From Oceanitalea stevensii (GTDB lineage Bacteria; Actinomycetota; Actinomycetes; Actinomycetales; Actinomycetaceae), in contig NZ_JACSPO010000016.1 in the NCBI RefSeq assembly GCF_014837105.1, positions 1-41,471 of the forward strand: 41,471 bases of DNA, read 5' to 3'. A program made the position numbers and the translations under genes. Below the pieces are notes generated by a model that saw nothing but the letters and a program-made list of their open reading frames with translations, made no database searches and was not told the DNA's origin. Positions within the stretch are counted from its first letter, which is position 1, and each line of letters begins with the position of its first letter. Positions 27,122-36,096 of this stretch are shown here, piece after piece.

Positions 27122-27700
27122 TCAGCGGCGCCGGTCGTAGGTGAGCACGACGTTCCCGCCGGCGAAGGTCCGCACGTCCGTGAGCTCGACCTCGCTCGGG
27201 GCGAAGCCGGCTCCCTCGAGCATCGGGTGCCCGGCGCCGGCGACCACGGGGTAGACCTTGACGATGAACCGGTCGATCTCCGCCAGCAGCGCCCCGGCCA
27301 GCCGCGCACCGCCCGCGAGGTAGATGTCGAGCGGGGAGTCCTCGGCCTTGAGCCGGCGCACGAGCGCGACCGGGTCGTCACGGACGATGGTGACGTCGGG
27401 GTCCAGCTCCTCCTGCGTCGTCGAGACGACGTACTGGCGCAGGTGCGCGTACGGGCTGGTGACGCCCTCCCGCAGTCCCGGCTCGTAGGTCCGCCTGCCC
27501 ATGACGACGGTGTCGAAGCGCGTGTTCGGGCGGTCGGTGAGGCCGAGGTGCGCACGGCCGTGGCTGGGGATCGTGTCCGGGTACTCCTCCAGCATCCACG
27601 CGGTGTAGTCCTCCGGCTGCGGGTAGAAGTCGAACTCGTCGCTCGGGCCGGAGATCCGGCCGTCGAGCGAGACGGCGATGTAGTAGGTGAGGCGGCGCAC
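27122..27700 (-). CDS. Dihydrofolate-reductase-family (RibD C-terminal domain-like) reductase
   Basis: GTG start at 27698-27700, preceded by GGGGGAG. LTYYIAVSLDGRISGP...VVMGRRTYE...IYLAGGARLAGALL matches the RibD_C/YwjB-like DHFR family. The upstream part of the track ORF is an artefact. Confidence 0.75.
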   Translation of the reverse strand: MRRLTYYIAVSLDGRISGPSDEFDFYPQPEDYTAWMLEEYPDTIPSHGRAHLGLTDRPNTRFDTVVMGRRTYEPGLREGVTSPYAHLRQYVVSTTQEELDPDVTIVRDDPVALVRRLKAEDSPLDIYLAGGARLAGALLAEIDRFIVKVYPVVAGAGHPMLEGAGFAPSEVELTDVRTFAGGNVVLTYDRRR

Positions 27701-27828
27701 GGAGTCTCCCCCTGTCGGTGACGTCGGTTCGCGGCCATCCTGGCGGTGACGGCCCACCGCGCGCCAGGGAATACGCGAGGACGATGACGGCGGGCAGCCC
27801 CGCCGTCGTCGTCCTCGCGCCTCCCGGG

Positions 27829-28053
27829 CTACTTCTTCTGGACGGTGATCGACCACTCCGCGTCACCGATGCGGCGGTAGTCCGTCACCGGGTAGCCCTC
27901 CTGCGCGGCCCAGCGCGGGATGGCGTCGGTGGCCTGGGTGCAGTCGAAGTGGATGGTGAGGTGGTCGCCCTCGGGCAGGGCCGCGATGGCGTCCTTGGCC
28001 TCGACGAGCGGGAAGGGGCAGACCTGTCCGGAGGTCTGAAGGGTGATGGGCAC
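27829..28053 (-). CDS. TusA-like sulfurtransferase (YeeD/SirA family)
   Basis: 74 aa with a GTG start after GAAAGGA. It has the CPxP active-site motif (QVCPFPL). It lies immediately downstream of YeeE/YedE, as in tsuA-tsuB pairs. Confidence 0.7.
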   Translation of the reverse strand: MPITLQTSGQVCPFPLVEAKDAIAALPEGDHLTIHFDCTQATDAIPRWAAQEGYPVTDYRRIGDAEWSITVQKK

Positions 28054-28066
28054 GGGTGGTCCTTTC

Positions 28067-29122
28067 TCAGGCGTCCACGAGGGACGGGGTCGAGCTGCGC
28101 TGCGCCACCGGGCGGTGGCGCAGGATGAAGACGTGCGTGGCGGCGCCGGTGCCGAGCACCATGAAGCCGAAGGACAGCCAGCCCTGGTAGGAGAACTGGG
28201 CCGTGTTGACCATGGCGTTGCCGATGGTGCAGCCGCCCGCGAGCGCCGCACCGACGCCCATGAGCGTGCCGCCGGTGATCGAGCGGACCATGGTCGTGGC
28301 GTCGGGGACGCGCAGGCGGAACTCCCCGGAGGCCTTGGCGGCGATGAACGCGCCGACGAGGATGCCGAGGACGAGGAGGACGCCCCAGTCGACGAGCTCG
28401 ACGTCGCCGGTGACGAGGAAGGCGACGGTGTTGGCCGACGGCGTGGTGATCCCGAGGCCCGCGGGACGGCCCGCGGCGGTGCTCAGCGGCCACGCGACGA
28501 TGGCGATGACGCCGATGACGACGGCCGTGGCGAAGGCGTGCCACGGCCTCTCGAGGAGCAGGTGGGCCAGGCCGGTGCGGCGCGGCGGCAGCGACGCGAG
28601 CGTCGGCTCGGCCGCGAGGTGGCGGCTTGCCGCGTACCCGACAGCGAGGACGAGGGCGGCGACGAGCCACCACGGGGAGATGCCGAGGGTCTCGTGGATC
28701 GAGGTGAGCCCCACGGTCTGGGCGCGGGCGGCGGCGGTGAGGTCGGCGAAGACGCCGTACTTCATGGCCGCCGCCGAGCCGGCGTAGAAGATGAGCGCGA
28801 ACCAGGAGCCGATGAGGCCCTCGCCGGAGCGGTAGAAGGTGCCGGTGGCGCAGCCCCCGGCGAGGACGATCGCGAAACCGAAGATGAAGGCGCCGACGAT
28901 CGTCGCGACGGGCGCCAGCTCCCCGGAGCTCAGCTGGATGACGCCGAGGGCGTCGAGGGCGAAGATCCCGACGCTCTGGACCGCGATGACGATGAGGAAC
29001 GCGGTGATCCAGCGCGTGTTGCGCCCGATCCACACGTCGCGGAAGGCACCGGTGACGCAGAAGCGTCCCCGCTGCATGGCGAAGCCGAGGGCTCCGCCGA
29101 CGGCAAGTCCGGTGAGGACCAT
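28067..29122 (-). CDS. YeeE/YedE-family membrane transporter (thiosulfate uptake, TsuA-like)
   Basis: 351 aa polytopic protein. The conserved Cys-containing motifs are GRFCVTGAF, LAGGCATGTF and LAGGCTIGNAM, duplicated across the two halves. Confidence 0.85.
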   Translation of the reverse strand: MVLTGLAVGGALGFAMQRGRFCVTGAFRDVWIGRNTRWITAFLIVIAVQSVGIFALDALGVIQLSSGELAPVATIVGAFIFGFAIVLAGGCATGTFYRSGEGLIGSWFALIFYAGSAAAMKYGVFADLTAAARAQTVGLTSIHETLGISPWWLVAALVLAVGYAASRHLAAEPTLASLPPRRTGLAHLLLERPWHAFATAVVIGVIAIVAWPLSTAAGRPAGLGITTPSANTVAFLVTGDVELVDWGVLLVLGILVGAFIAAKASGEFRLRVPDATTMVRSITGGTLMGVGAALAGGCTIGNAMVNTAQFSYQGWLSFGFMVLGTGAATHVFILRHRPVAQRSSTPSLVDA

Positions 29123-29454
29123 GAGTGGTGTTCCTTTGCCAGGTGTGGGTGCAGGTCCCGGCGCGGCGGCGCGCGCGGGCAGGGCGCGCCGGCACGGCGC
29201 GCGGACATGGCGAAGGTGCGAAAGGGCCGGCGCACCGCCGGGGTCGGTCGCTCGAGCCGGTCAGGCGAGCGGGGTCACCGACACTCGCCGGTACACAGGC
29301 GACGGGCAGCAGCGCGCGGCGACAGGTACGTGTGGCTGAGCATGGTGGTCCCCCTTGTCAGGTCCTTCGACCTGGGGGCGACGCTAGGAGCGGGCGCGCG
29401 GGCGGGTCCACCGCCGTCCGGTCACTGAGACGGGCGCGGTGGCGCGCCCGCGGG

Positions 29455-30369
29455 TCACCAGAAGGCGCGGGAGGCGATGGCGTCGGCGAAGCCGCCCACG
29501 GCACCGTCGACGGCACCGAGGTAGAGGGACGCGTCGACGAGCGAGACCTCCATGACGCAGGGCTCGCCGTTGTCGCCCTCGACCATGTCGATACGGCTGA
29601 ACAGGAGCTGGGCGTCGCGGCCCATCCGCGACTTGATGTACCCGTGGATCGCGGCCCGGGCGCGCTCACCGACGCGCAGCTCGGCCTCGGTGGCGTGCCG
29701 GGCGACGGCGACCTCGTCGCCCGTCTCGTCGGCGGCGGCCTGCTCACCGAGGAGCATGGGCTCCTTCTCCACGACGTGCGACAGCACACCGTTGAGGTAG
29801 ATCAGCGCCGTCTCACCGCGCTCGTCCACCGACTCCACGTACCGCTGCACCATGACGGCGCGCCCGTCCTGGAGGAGCTGGTAGGCGTGCTGGATCGCGT
29901 GCATGCGCGACGTCGCGTCGCGGGCGGTGTACCGGCCGGTGTCGCGGGAGCCGGAGGACACGGCCGGCTTGACGACGAAGTCGCCCAGCGAGGGGAAGCG
30001 CGTGTGCACCTGGTGCTTGGACAGGTTCTTCTCCGGCTCCAGCCACACGGTGTCGATCGTGGGCATGCCGCGCCGGCCGAGCTCCTGGAGGTAGTGCTTG
30101 TCGGTGTTCCACTCGACGGTGTCCGCGCTGTTGAGCAGCTTGCCGATGCCCTTGGCCCACGCGAGGAAGTCCTGCCGACGGGTCGCGTAGTTGTGGACCG
30201 AGCGCAGCACGACGATGCCCGCCTCGGACCAGTCCACGGACTCGTCGTCCCACGCGGCGACGCGCGGGTCGATGCCCCGCTCGGCGAGGGCGTCCGGCAG
30301 CCCCTCCTCCCCCTGGTCCAGCTCGGGGTGGTCCAGGCAGGTCGCGAGAGTGACACGAGGCTTCGACAC
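29455..30369 (-). CDS. ATP-grasp-fold protein (RimK/glutathione-synthetase-like), function unknown
   Basis: 304 aa. The segment ...VVKPAVSSGSRDTGRY... and the overall size resemble ATP-grasp ligases. Assignment is tentative. Confidence 0.5.
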   Translation of the reverse strand: MSKPRVTLATCLDHPELDQGEEGLPDALAERGIDPRVAAWDDESVDWSEAGIVVLRSVHNYATRRQDFLAWAKGIGKLLNSADTVEWNTDKHYLQELGRRGMPTIDTVWLEPEKNLSKHQVHTRFPSLGDFVVKPAVSSGSRDTGRYTARDATSRMHAIQHAYQLLQDGRAVMVQRYVESVDERGETALIYLNGVLSHVVEKEPMLLGEQAAADETGDEVAVARHATEAELRVGERARAAIHGYIKSRMGRDAQLLFSRIDMVEGDNGEPCVMEVSLVDASLYLGAVDGAVGGFADAIASRAFW

Positions 30370-30507
30370 GCGCTCAACCTATCCGAAACCGCGGTATGCC
30401 GCGGCTTGCTCGCGAGGGCCGGTGATACTCGTCACGAGGGGCCCTCCCGGCTGGGCAGCGCCCGGAGCCGGTGGTAATGTTTGGGACTGCCGCAAGGGCA
30501 ACAGCAA

Positions 30508-30561
<54 letters not shown>

Positions 30562-30583
<22 letters not shown>

Positions 30584-31458
30584 GCCGAAGGCCGTCTCCC
30601 CCGGGAGGCGGCCTTTCGCGTTCCCTCACCGAGCTCGAGCACCTGGCCGTTCTCCGGGAAGTCCGGCAGCGCGCTCGGCCTGCGCCGGCCCGTCGCCCAC
30701 CGCGGGTCGCGCTCGCCGTCGGCGCCGACACCGCGCCACCGCATCGGGACACCCGCCGCCGCGGTGGGCCGCTCACGGTCCATCAGCTGCACGTGCAGGT
30801 GCGGCTCGGAGGTGTTGCCGGTGTTGCCCACCTCGGCGAGCACCTCACCGGCACGCACCACCTCGCCGTCCCGGACACCGACCGAGCCGCGGCGCAGGTG
30901 GGCGTAGACGGCGACCGTGCCGTCGTCGTGCCGCACGACGACGTGGTTGCCGAGGATCCTGCCGACACCGGCCAGGTCCCGGAGGAACCCCTCGGCGGTC
31001 ATCATCCACACGAGCAGCGGCCACGTGTCCCGGGCCCCGTGGTCCCGCTGGGAGTCGCGGGCGCGGACCACCGTGCCGCCGGCCACGGCGTGCACCGGAC
31101 GGCCGAAGGACGGGTAGGTCTCCGGACGGCGGGGACGCAGTCCCCAGCCGATCGAGGTCGGCGCGTCGGGAGCGGGCTGGAGGACGTCGACGGCGTACGC
31201 CTGTCCGTAGGCCTTGACCCCGTGGCTGGGCACCGCCGTCCCCGGGCCGTTGACGACGACCCAGCGGCCCCGCAGCGGCGGATCGACCTCGACCGGCTCG
31301 CGGGTGGTCGCCGGCGGGCGGACGAGGGACAGGGCGAAGAGCACGGCGGCGACGACGAGCCCCCAGGGCCGCGGGACCGGCAGGAGCGCCGCGGCGAGGA
31401 CGGCCGCGACGAACAGCCGCGTCCACCACGTCTGCCAGCGGGCGACCGCGCGCTTCAT
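30562..31458 (-). CDS. M23-family metallopeptidase (membrane-anchored)
   Basis: Internal ATG start (MKRAVARWQTWWTRLFVAAVLAAALL..., two TM helices). M23 motifs are HVVVRHDDGTVAVYAHL and GNTGNTSEPHLHVQL. Its 3' end runs about 20 bp antisense into tRNA-Lys. The start overlaps the upstream regulator stop (ATGA). Confidence 0.8.
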
Positions 31459-31946
31459 CGCCGCCCCCCGAGGACGACGGCGAGCAGCGGGACGACCCGC
31501 GCGACGGGGACCTCGTACCGGCCGCCGCCCAGCGCCCGCAGCCAGCCGGCGGCGGTGAGCTGACGCAGGTGGTGGTAGACCTGCCCGCTCGTGCCGACGC
31601 CGTCGGTGTCGACGAGCTCCGCGACGGTCGTCGCGCCACCGAGGACGCGCTGGAGCAGGCGCAGCCGCACCGGGTGCCCGAGCGCGACGAGCACGTCGGC
31701 CTCCTCGGTCCAGTCCGCGCCGAGGAGGTCGTCGGTCACGGCCCCGAGCTGCCACTGTGCGCGGCGCCCGTCAGGGAGCTCGACGTGCCCGACGAGGAGC
31801 ACGGCGCCGGGGTCCTCCACCCGCTCCTGCAGGCCCTCGAGCGCCCACAGCGGGCTGTCGGGCGTGACCGCGGCAGCGGGGGTGGCGAGGCGGGACTCGA
31901 GGGCGGCGACGCGCTCCTCGAGGGCGGCGAGGCGTTCTGCTGACAT
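31455..31946 (-). CDS. Winged-helix (ArsR-like HTH_20) transcriptional regulator with N-terminal coiled-coil
   Basis: The N-terminal heptad segment is MSAERLAALEERVAALESRLA. The HTH reads LGHPVRLRLLQRVLGGATTVAELVDTDGVGTSGQVYHHLRQLTAAGWL. It is translationally coupled to the M23 peptidase. Confidence 0.65.
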   Translation of the reverse strand: MSAERLAALEERVAALESRLATPAAAVTPDSPLWALEGLQERVEDPGAVLLVGHVELPDGRRAQWQLGAVTDDLLGADWTEEADVLVALGHPVRLRLLQRVLGGATTVAELVDTDGVGTSGQVYHHLRQLTAAGWLRALGGGRYEVPVARVVPLLAVVLGGRR

Positions 31947-32044
31947 GCCGCAACGCTATTACGAACTTCCGTACTTGCATAGTCCGCGGTGGCGGCGGGC
32001 CGTGCGATGCTGGACGGGACGCCCACGACGACGACGGAGGACCC

Positions 32045-32521
32045 GTGCCCCAGCTCTCCCCCGGCGAGACCGCCCCGGACTTCACCCTGCCCACCGCCGA
32101 CGGCGCCTCGGTGAGCCTCGCGGAGCTGCGCGCCTCGGCCGACAAGGGCGTCGTCGTCTACTTCTACCCGGCCGCGTCCACGCCCGGCTGCACCACCCAG
32201 GCCTGCGACTTCCGCGACAGCCTGGCGGCCCTCCAGGGCCAGGGCTACGCCGTCGTCGGCGTCTCGCCCGACGGCACCGACAAGCTCGCCCGCTTCGCCG
32301 AGGCCGAGTCCCTCACCTTCCCGCTCGCCTCCGACCCCGACCACGAGGTCATCGAGGCGTGGGGCGCCTGGGGCGAGAAGAAGAACTACGGGCGCACCTA
32401 CACGGGCCTCATCCGCTCCACGGTCGTCGTCGACGCCGAGGGCACCGTCACGCTGGCGCGGTACAACGTCAAGGCCACCGGCCACGTCGCCCGCCTGCGC
32501 AAGGACCTGGGCATCGACTGA
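32045..32521 (+). CDS. bcp: Thioredoxin-dependent thiol peroxidase (peroxiredoxin Bcp/PrxQ)
   Basis: Peroxidatic motif is VVVYFYPAASTPGCTTQACDFRD, with the resolving Cys 5 residues later. The remaining text is typical BCP. Confidence 0.9.
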   Translation: MPQLSPGETAPDFTLPTADGASVSLAELRASADKGVVVYFYPAASTPGCTTQACDFRDSLAALQGQGYAVVGVSPDGTDKLARFAEAESLTFPLASDPDHEVIEAWGAWGEKKNYGRTYTGLIRSTVVVDAEGTVTLARYNVKATGHVARLRKDLGID

Positions 32522-32540
32522 CCCCGTAGGCTTGTCCCGC

Positions 32541-32622
32541 GCGCGAGTGGCGTAACTGGCAGCCGCGCCAGGTTTAGGTCCTGGTGTCCTCGGACGTGCG
32601 GGTTCGAGTCCCGCCTCGCGCA
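32541..32622 (+). tRNA. tRNA-Leu (anticodon TAG), class II with long variable arm
   Basis: Acceptor GCGCGAG/CTCGCGC; anticodon stem-loop CCAGG-TTTAGGT-CCTGG; long variable arm; T-arm GCGGG-TTCGAGT-CCCGC; discriminator A; no encoded CCA. Confidence 0.85.
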
Positions 32623-32672
32623 CGACGTACTCGCCCCGCGCGGGCACCCACGCAACACGGAAGAGAAGCACC

Positions 32673-33206
32673 ATGAGCGGACTGGCCTCGGACGACATCA
32701 CCCCCTGGCTCCCGCCGGAGGACCTCGAGAGGGTCCGCCGCCAGGTCCCGATGCTCTACGTCGACGTCCTGCCCGTGCGGGTGGACGCCACCGGCCAGGT
32801 CCAGCAGGTGGGCCTGCTCCTGCGCGCCACGGACGGCCGCCTCCAGCGCGCGCTGGTCTCCGGCCGCGTCCTCTTCCACGAGACCCTGCGCGAGGCGCTC
32901 ACGCGCCACCTGGAGAAGGACCTCGGCTCGCTGTGCCTGCCCCGCGTGCCGCTCTCCCCGCAGCCCTTCACGGTCGGTGAGTACTTCCCGACCCCCGGTC
33001 AGGGCTTCCACGACCCGCGCCAGCACGCGGTGTCGCTCGCCTACGTCGTCCCCGTCGACGGCGACTGCCACCCCCAGCAGGACACCCTCGAGGTCGGCTG
33101 GTTCACCCCCCGCGAGGCGCTGCTCCCCGAGGTGCAGGCCGAGCTCGTCGACGGGCACAGCACCCTCCTGCGCCAGGCGCTGGCGCACGTGGGCCGCCTG
33201 CCGTGA
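32673..33206 (+). CDS. Hypothetical protein, NUDIX-like fold with degenerate Nudix box
   Basis: SGRVLFHETLREALTRHLEKDLG resembles the Nudix box Gx5Ex7REuxEExGu, but with catalytic Glu substitutions. Assignment is tentative. Confidence 0.4.
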   Translation: MSGLASDDITPWLPPEDLERVRRQVPMLYVDVLPVRVDATGQVQQVGLLLRATDGRLQRALVSGRVLFHETLREALTRHLEKDLGSLCLPRVPLSPQPFTVGEYFPTPGQGFHDPRQHAVSLAYVVPVDGDCHPQQDTLEVGWFTPREALLPEVQAELVDGHSTLLRQALAHVGRLP

Positions 33207-33634
33207 GCATCCAGCCCGGCACCGGCCCGCAGGGGCTGGACGTGGGCCGCGCGTCGCGGGCCGCCGGGCCCGGGACGTGGGGCCAGCGGGGCGCCGCGAT
33301 GCTGCTCGACATGGCGGCGGTCGTGCTCTTCGCCTACCTCGGGCGCGGGGCGCACGAGGGCGGTCGGTCGGTGACCGACGTCCTCGAGGTGGCGCTGCCC
33401 TTCCTCCTCGCGCGGCTCCTCGTCACCGTGCTCGTCCAGCACGGGTCGCTGCGGCTGTGGCCCGGTGGCGTCGTCGCCTGGCTCGTCACGTGGGCCGGCG
33501 GCCTGGGACTGCGGGCCGCGCTGGGCGACGGCACGGCGCTGCCCTTCGTCCTCGTGGCGCTCGGGGTGCTGGGCGCGCTGCTCCTCGGCTGGCGCGCCGT
33601 CTGGCTGATGGTGGCGCGAGCCCGCCGCCCCTGA
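33203..33634 (+). CDS. Small integral membrane protein (DUF3054-like)
   Basis: 143 aa with 3-4 TM helices. The codon usage is coding-like. It overlaps the upstream gene by 4 bp. Confidence 0.5.
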   Translation: MSIQPGTGPQGLDVGRASRAAGPGTWGQRGAAMLLDMAAVVLFAYLGRGAHEGGRSVTDVLEVALPFLLARLLVTVLVQHGSLRLWPGGVVAWLVTWAGGLGLRAALGDGTALPFVLVALGVLGALLLGWRAVWLMVARARRP

Positions 33635-33757
33635 CCCACGTCCTTCTCGCCGAGTACGCACATACGGTCGCCTGGACGCCCGGCGGGCGCCCCCCAGGTG
33701 ACCGTGTGTGCGTACTCGCGGGGTCCGGGGCGGGCGTGGCGAGGCGGGGGCTGCGGG

Positions 33758-34381
33758 TCAGCCGGCAAGGACGCGCACGACGTGCGGCGCGAGAGCGCGG
33801 AATGCCTTGCCGCGGTGGGAGATCGCGTTCTTCTCCTCCGCGCTGAGCTCGGCCGCGGAGCGGTCCTCGCCGTCCGGCTGGAGGATCGGGTCGTAGCCGA
33901 AGCCGCCGCTGCCCCGGGGCGCGGTGAGCAGCCGCCCGGGCATCTCGCCGGTCTCGACGACCTCCTCGCCGCCGGGCGTGACGAGTGCGGCGGCGCAGAC
34001 GAAGCGGGCGCGCCGGTGCTCGGCCGGCACGTCGGAGAGCTGGGCGAGGAGGAGCTCGAGGTTGGCGCGGTCGTCCCCGTGCCGGCCGGACCAGCGCGCG
34101 GAGAAGATGCCCGGCGCCCCGCCGAGGACGTCGACGGCGAGGCCGGAGTCGTCCGCGACGGCCGGCAGGCCCGTGGCGGCGGCCAGCGCACGGGCCTTGA
34201 TGAGCGCGTTCTCGGCGAAGGTGACGCCGTCCTCGACGGGCTCGGGCGCCCCGCCGTCGGCGGCGCCCACCCCCGAGGCGGGGTCGAGGTCGGGCAGGAG
34301 CGGGGCGAGGATCGCGCGCAGCTCCCCGATCTTGTGCGCGTTGTGCGTGGCGAGGACGAGCCGCGCCGGGCTCCCGGTCAC
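33758..34381 (-). CDS. rdgB: Non-canonical purine NTP pyrophosphatase (dITP/XTP), RdgB/Ham1 family
   Basis: GTG start at 34379-34381, overlapping the rph stop (GTGA). Conserved text reads [18 protein letters not shown]...[11 protein letters not shown]...[18 protein letters not shown]...GGFGYDPIL. The long track ORF is an upstream read-through artefact. Confidence 0.9.
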   Translation of the reverse strand: MTGSPARLVLATHNAHKIGELRAILAPLLPDLDPASGVGAADGGAPEPVEDGVTFAENALIKARALAAATGLPAVADDSGLAVDVLGGAPGIFSARWSGRHGDDRANLELLLAQLSDVPAEHRRARFVCAAALVTPGGEEVVETGEMPGRLLTAPRGSGGFGYDPILQPDGEDRSAAELSAEEKNAISHRGKAFRALAPHVVRVLAG

Positions 34382-35148
34382 CGGCCGGGGACCGGCGCGG
34401 CGAGCGCCGTGCGCTGGAGCTCGGTGAGCTTGGCGGTGCCGGTGACGGCGAGGTCGAGCAGCTCGTCGAGCTCGTGGCGCTCGAACGGCTTGCGCTCGGC
34501 CGTGCCCTGGACCTCGACGAAGCCGCCGGACCCGGTGACGACGACGTTCATGTCGGTCTCGGCGGCGACGTCCTCGACGTAGGGCAGGTCGAGGACCGGC
34601 TGCCCGTCGACGATGCCGACGGAGACGGCGGCGACGGAGTCGGTGAGCACCGGCGTCGCGCCCTGGGTGATGGCGCCCTTGGCGATGCCCCACGCGACGG
34701 CGTCGGCGAGCGCGACGTAGGCGCCGGTGATGGCAGCGGTGCGGGTGCCGCCGTCGGCCTGGAGGACGTCGCAGTCGAGGACGATCGTGTTCTCGCCCAG
34801 CGCGCTCACGTCGATGATCGCGCGCAGGGAGCGTCCGATGAGGCGGGAGATCTCGTGGGTGCGGCCGCCGACGCGGCCCTTGATGGACTCGCGGTCGCTG
34901 CGGGTGTTGGTGGAGCGGGGCAGCATCGCGTACTCGGCGGTGACCCAGCCCTGGCCCGAGCCCTTGCGCCAGCGCGGGACGCCCGGGGTGAAGGAGGCGG
35001 CGCACAGCACCCGGGTGCCGCCGAACTCGACGAGGACGCTGCCCTCGGCACTGTCGAGCCAGCCTCGGGTGAACCGGACCTCACGGAGCTCGTCGGGGGC
35101 GCGGCCGTCGGCGCGCGGAACGATGGTGCTCGCGGAGGTTGAGGTCAT
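34378..35148 (-). CDS. rph: Ribonuclease PH
   Basis: RNase PH signatures are present throughout: [34 protein letters not shown] and [20 protein letters not shown]. Confidence 0.95.
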   Translation of the reverse strand: MTSTSASTIVPRADGRAPDELREVRFTRGWLDSAEGSVLVEFGGTRVLCAASFTPGVPRWRKGSGQGWVTAEYAMLPRSTNTRSDRESIKGRVGGRTHEISRLIGRSLRAIIDVSALGENTIVLDCDVLQADGGTRTAAITGAYVALADAVAWGIAKGAITQGATPVLTDSVAAVSVGIVDGQPVLDLPYVEDVAAETDMNVVVTGSGGFVEVQGTAERKPFERHELDELLDLAVTGTAKLTELQRTALAAPVPGR

Positions 35149-35246
35149 CCCGACAGGCTAGCGACTACCCCGCCGTCAGGGCGAGGCGCCGACGCCCGAG
35201 GTGACCTTCCTCGCCACGTCCACCCGCGGCGCCGCGCGTCGGGCCG

Positions 35247-35975
35247 TCACATCGCGTCGAGGAAGGAGAGCAGCTCGGGGATCCGGCCGAGGGCGTCGCG
35301 CGCGACGAGGAAGCCGACGATCCCGACGATCCACGCCGTCGTCTCCCCTCCGGTCCGCTCCATCCAGGCCGCCACCCGCTCGAGCAGCGGCTGCACGAGG
35401 CGTGCCGCGGCGAGCCGGCCGCCGAGCAGCAGGAGCGCCGGCAGCACCATGACGACGCAGTACGCGGCGAGCACCCCGAGGCGGGCCGGCGCCGCGAGCG
35501 AGGAGGAGCCGATGATGCCCGTCGCCGCGAGGTAGGGCAGCATCGTCGCGACCTCGAGCAGCGCGGCGGCGAGCGCGAGCGTGACGAGGCCGCCCACGCC
35601 GGTGTCGGTCTCCGTCCCCATCGCCCGCTCCCGCCACCGCAGCAGCCTGCCGGGCCGCGCGGGCTCCCCCGGCCGCTTGCGCCCGACGAAGAAGCTGCCG
35701 ACGAGCATCGCCGTCCCGAGCACGAGCTGGAGCCGGGCGACGAGCGGGTTCTCGAGGACGGTGTCGAGGTCGCCGAGCACCGCGCCTAGCCCGGCGACGA
35801 GCGCGATGCCGAGGAGCAGGTAGAACCCCGCCACCGTCCCGAGGAAGACGAGGATCCGCCCGACCCGGACCCGGCCGGGCGTGAGGAGGAACCAGATCGG
35901 GATGAGGAGCGTGCCGAAGCTCGTCGAGTCGACGAGGGCGAGGACGGCGAGGGTCGCGGCGGTCGCGGTGGTCAT
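35247..35975 (-). CDS. GAP-family (DUF2910-like) integral membrane protein
   Basis: About 242 aa from an internal ATG (MTTATAATLAVLALVDSTSFGTLLIPIWFLL), with about six TM helices. The coordinate is good to plus or minus a few nt. Confidence 0.6.
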   Translation of the reverse strand: MTTATAATLAVLALVDSTSFGTLLIPIWFLLTPGRVRVGRILVFLGTVAGFYLLLGIALVAGLGAVLGDLDTVLENPLVARLQLVLGTAMLVGSFFVGRKRPGEPARPGRLLRWRERAMGTETDTGVGGLVTLALAAALLEVATMLPYLAATGIIGSSSLAAPARLGVLAAYCVVMVLPALLLLGGRLAAARLVQPLLERVAAWMERTGGETTAWIVGIVGFLVARDALGRIPELLSFLDAM

Positions 35976-36096
35976 GCCCTCGACGGTGCCGCCCGCCCGC
36001 CCTCGCCGTCGTCCGCCGACGGGCCGACGCCACCACCACCGCGCGTACATCCTTCGACGGACCTGGTCGCGTCCGGGCGTGTGCTGGGATGGGGAC

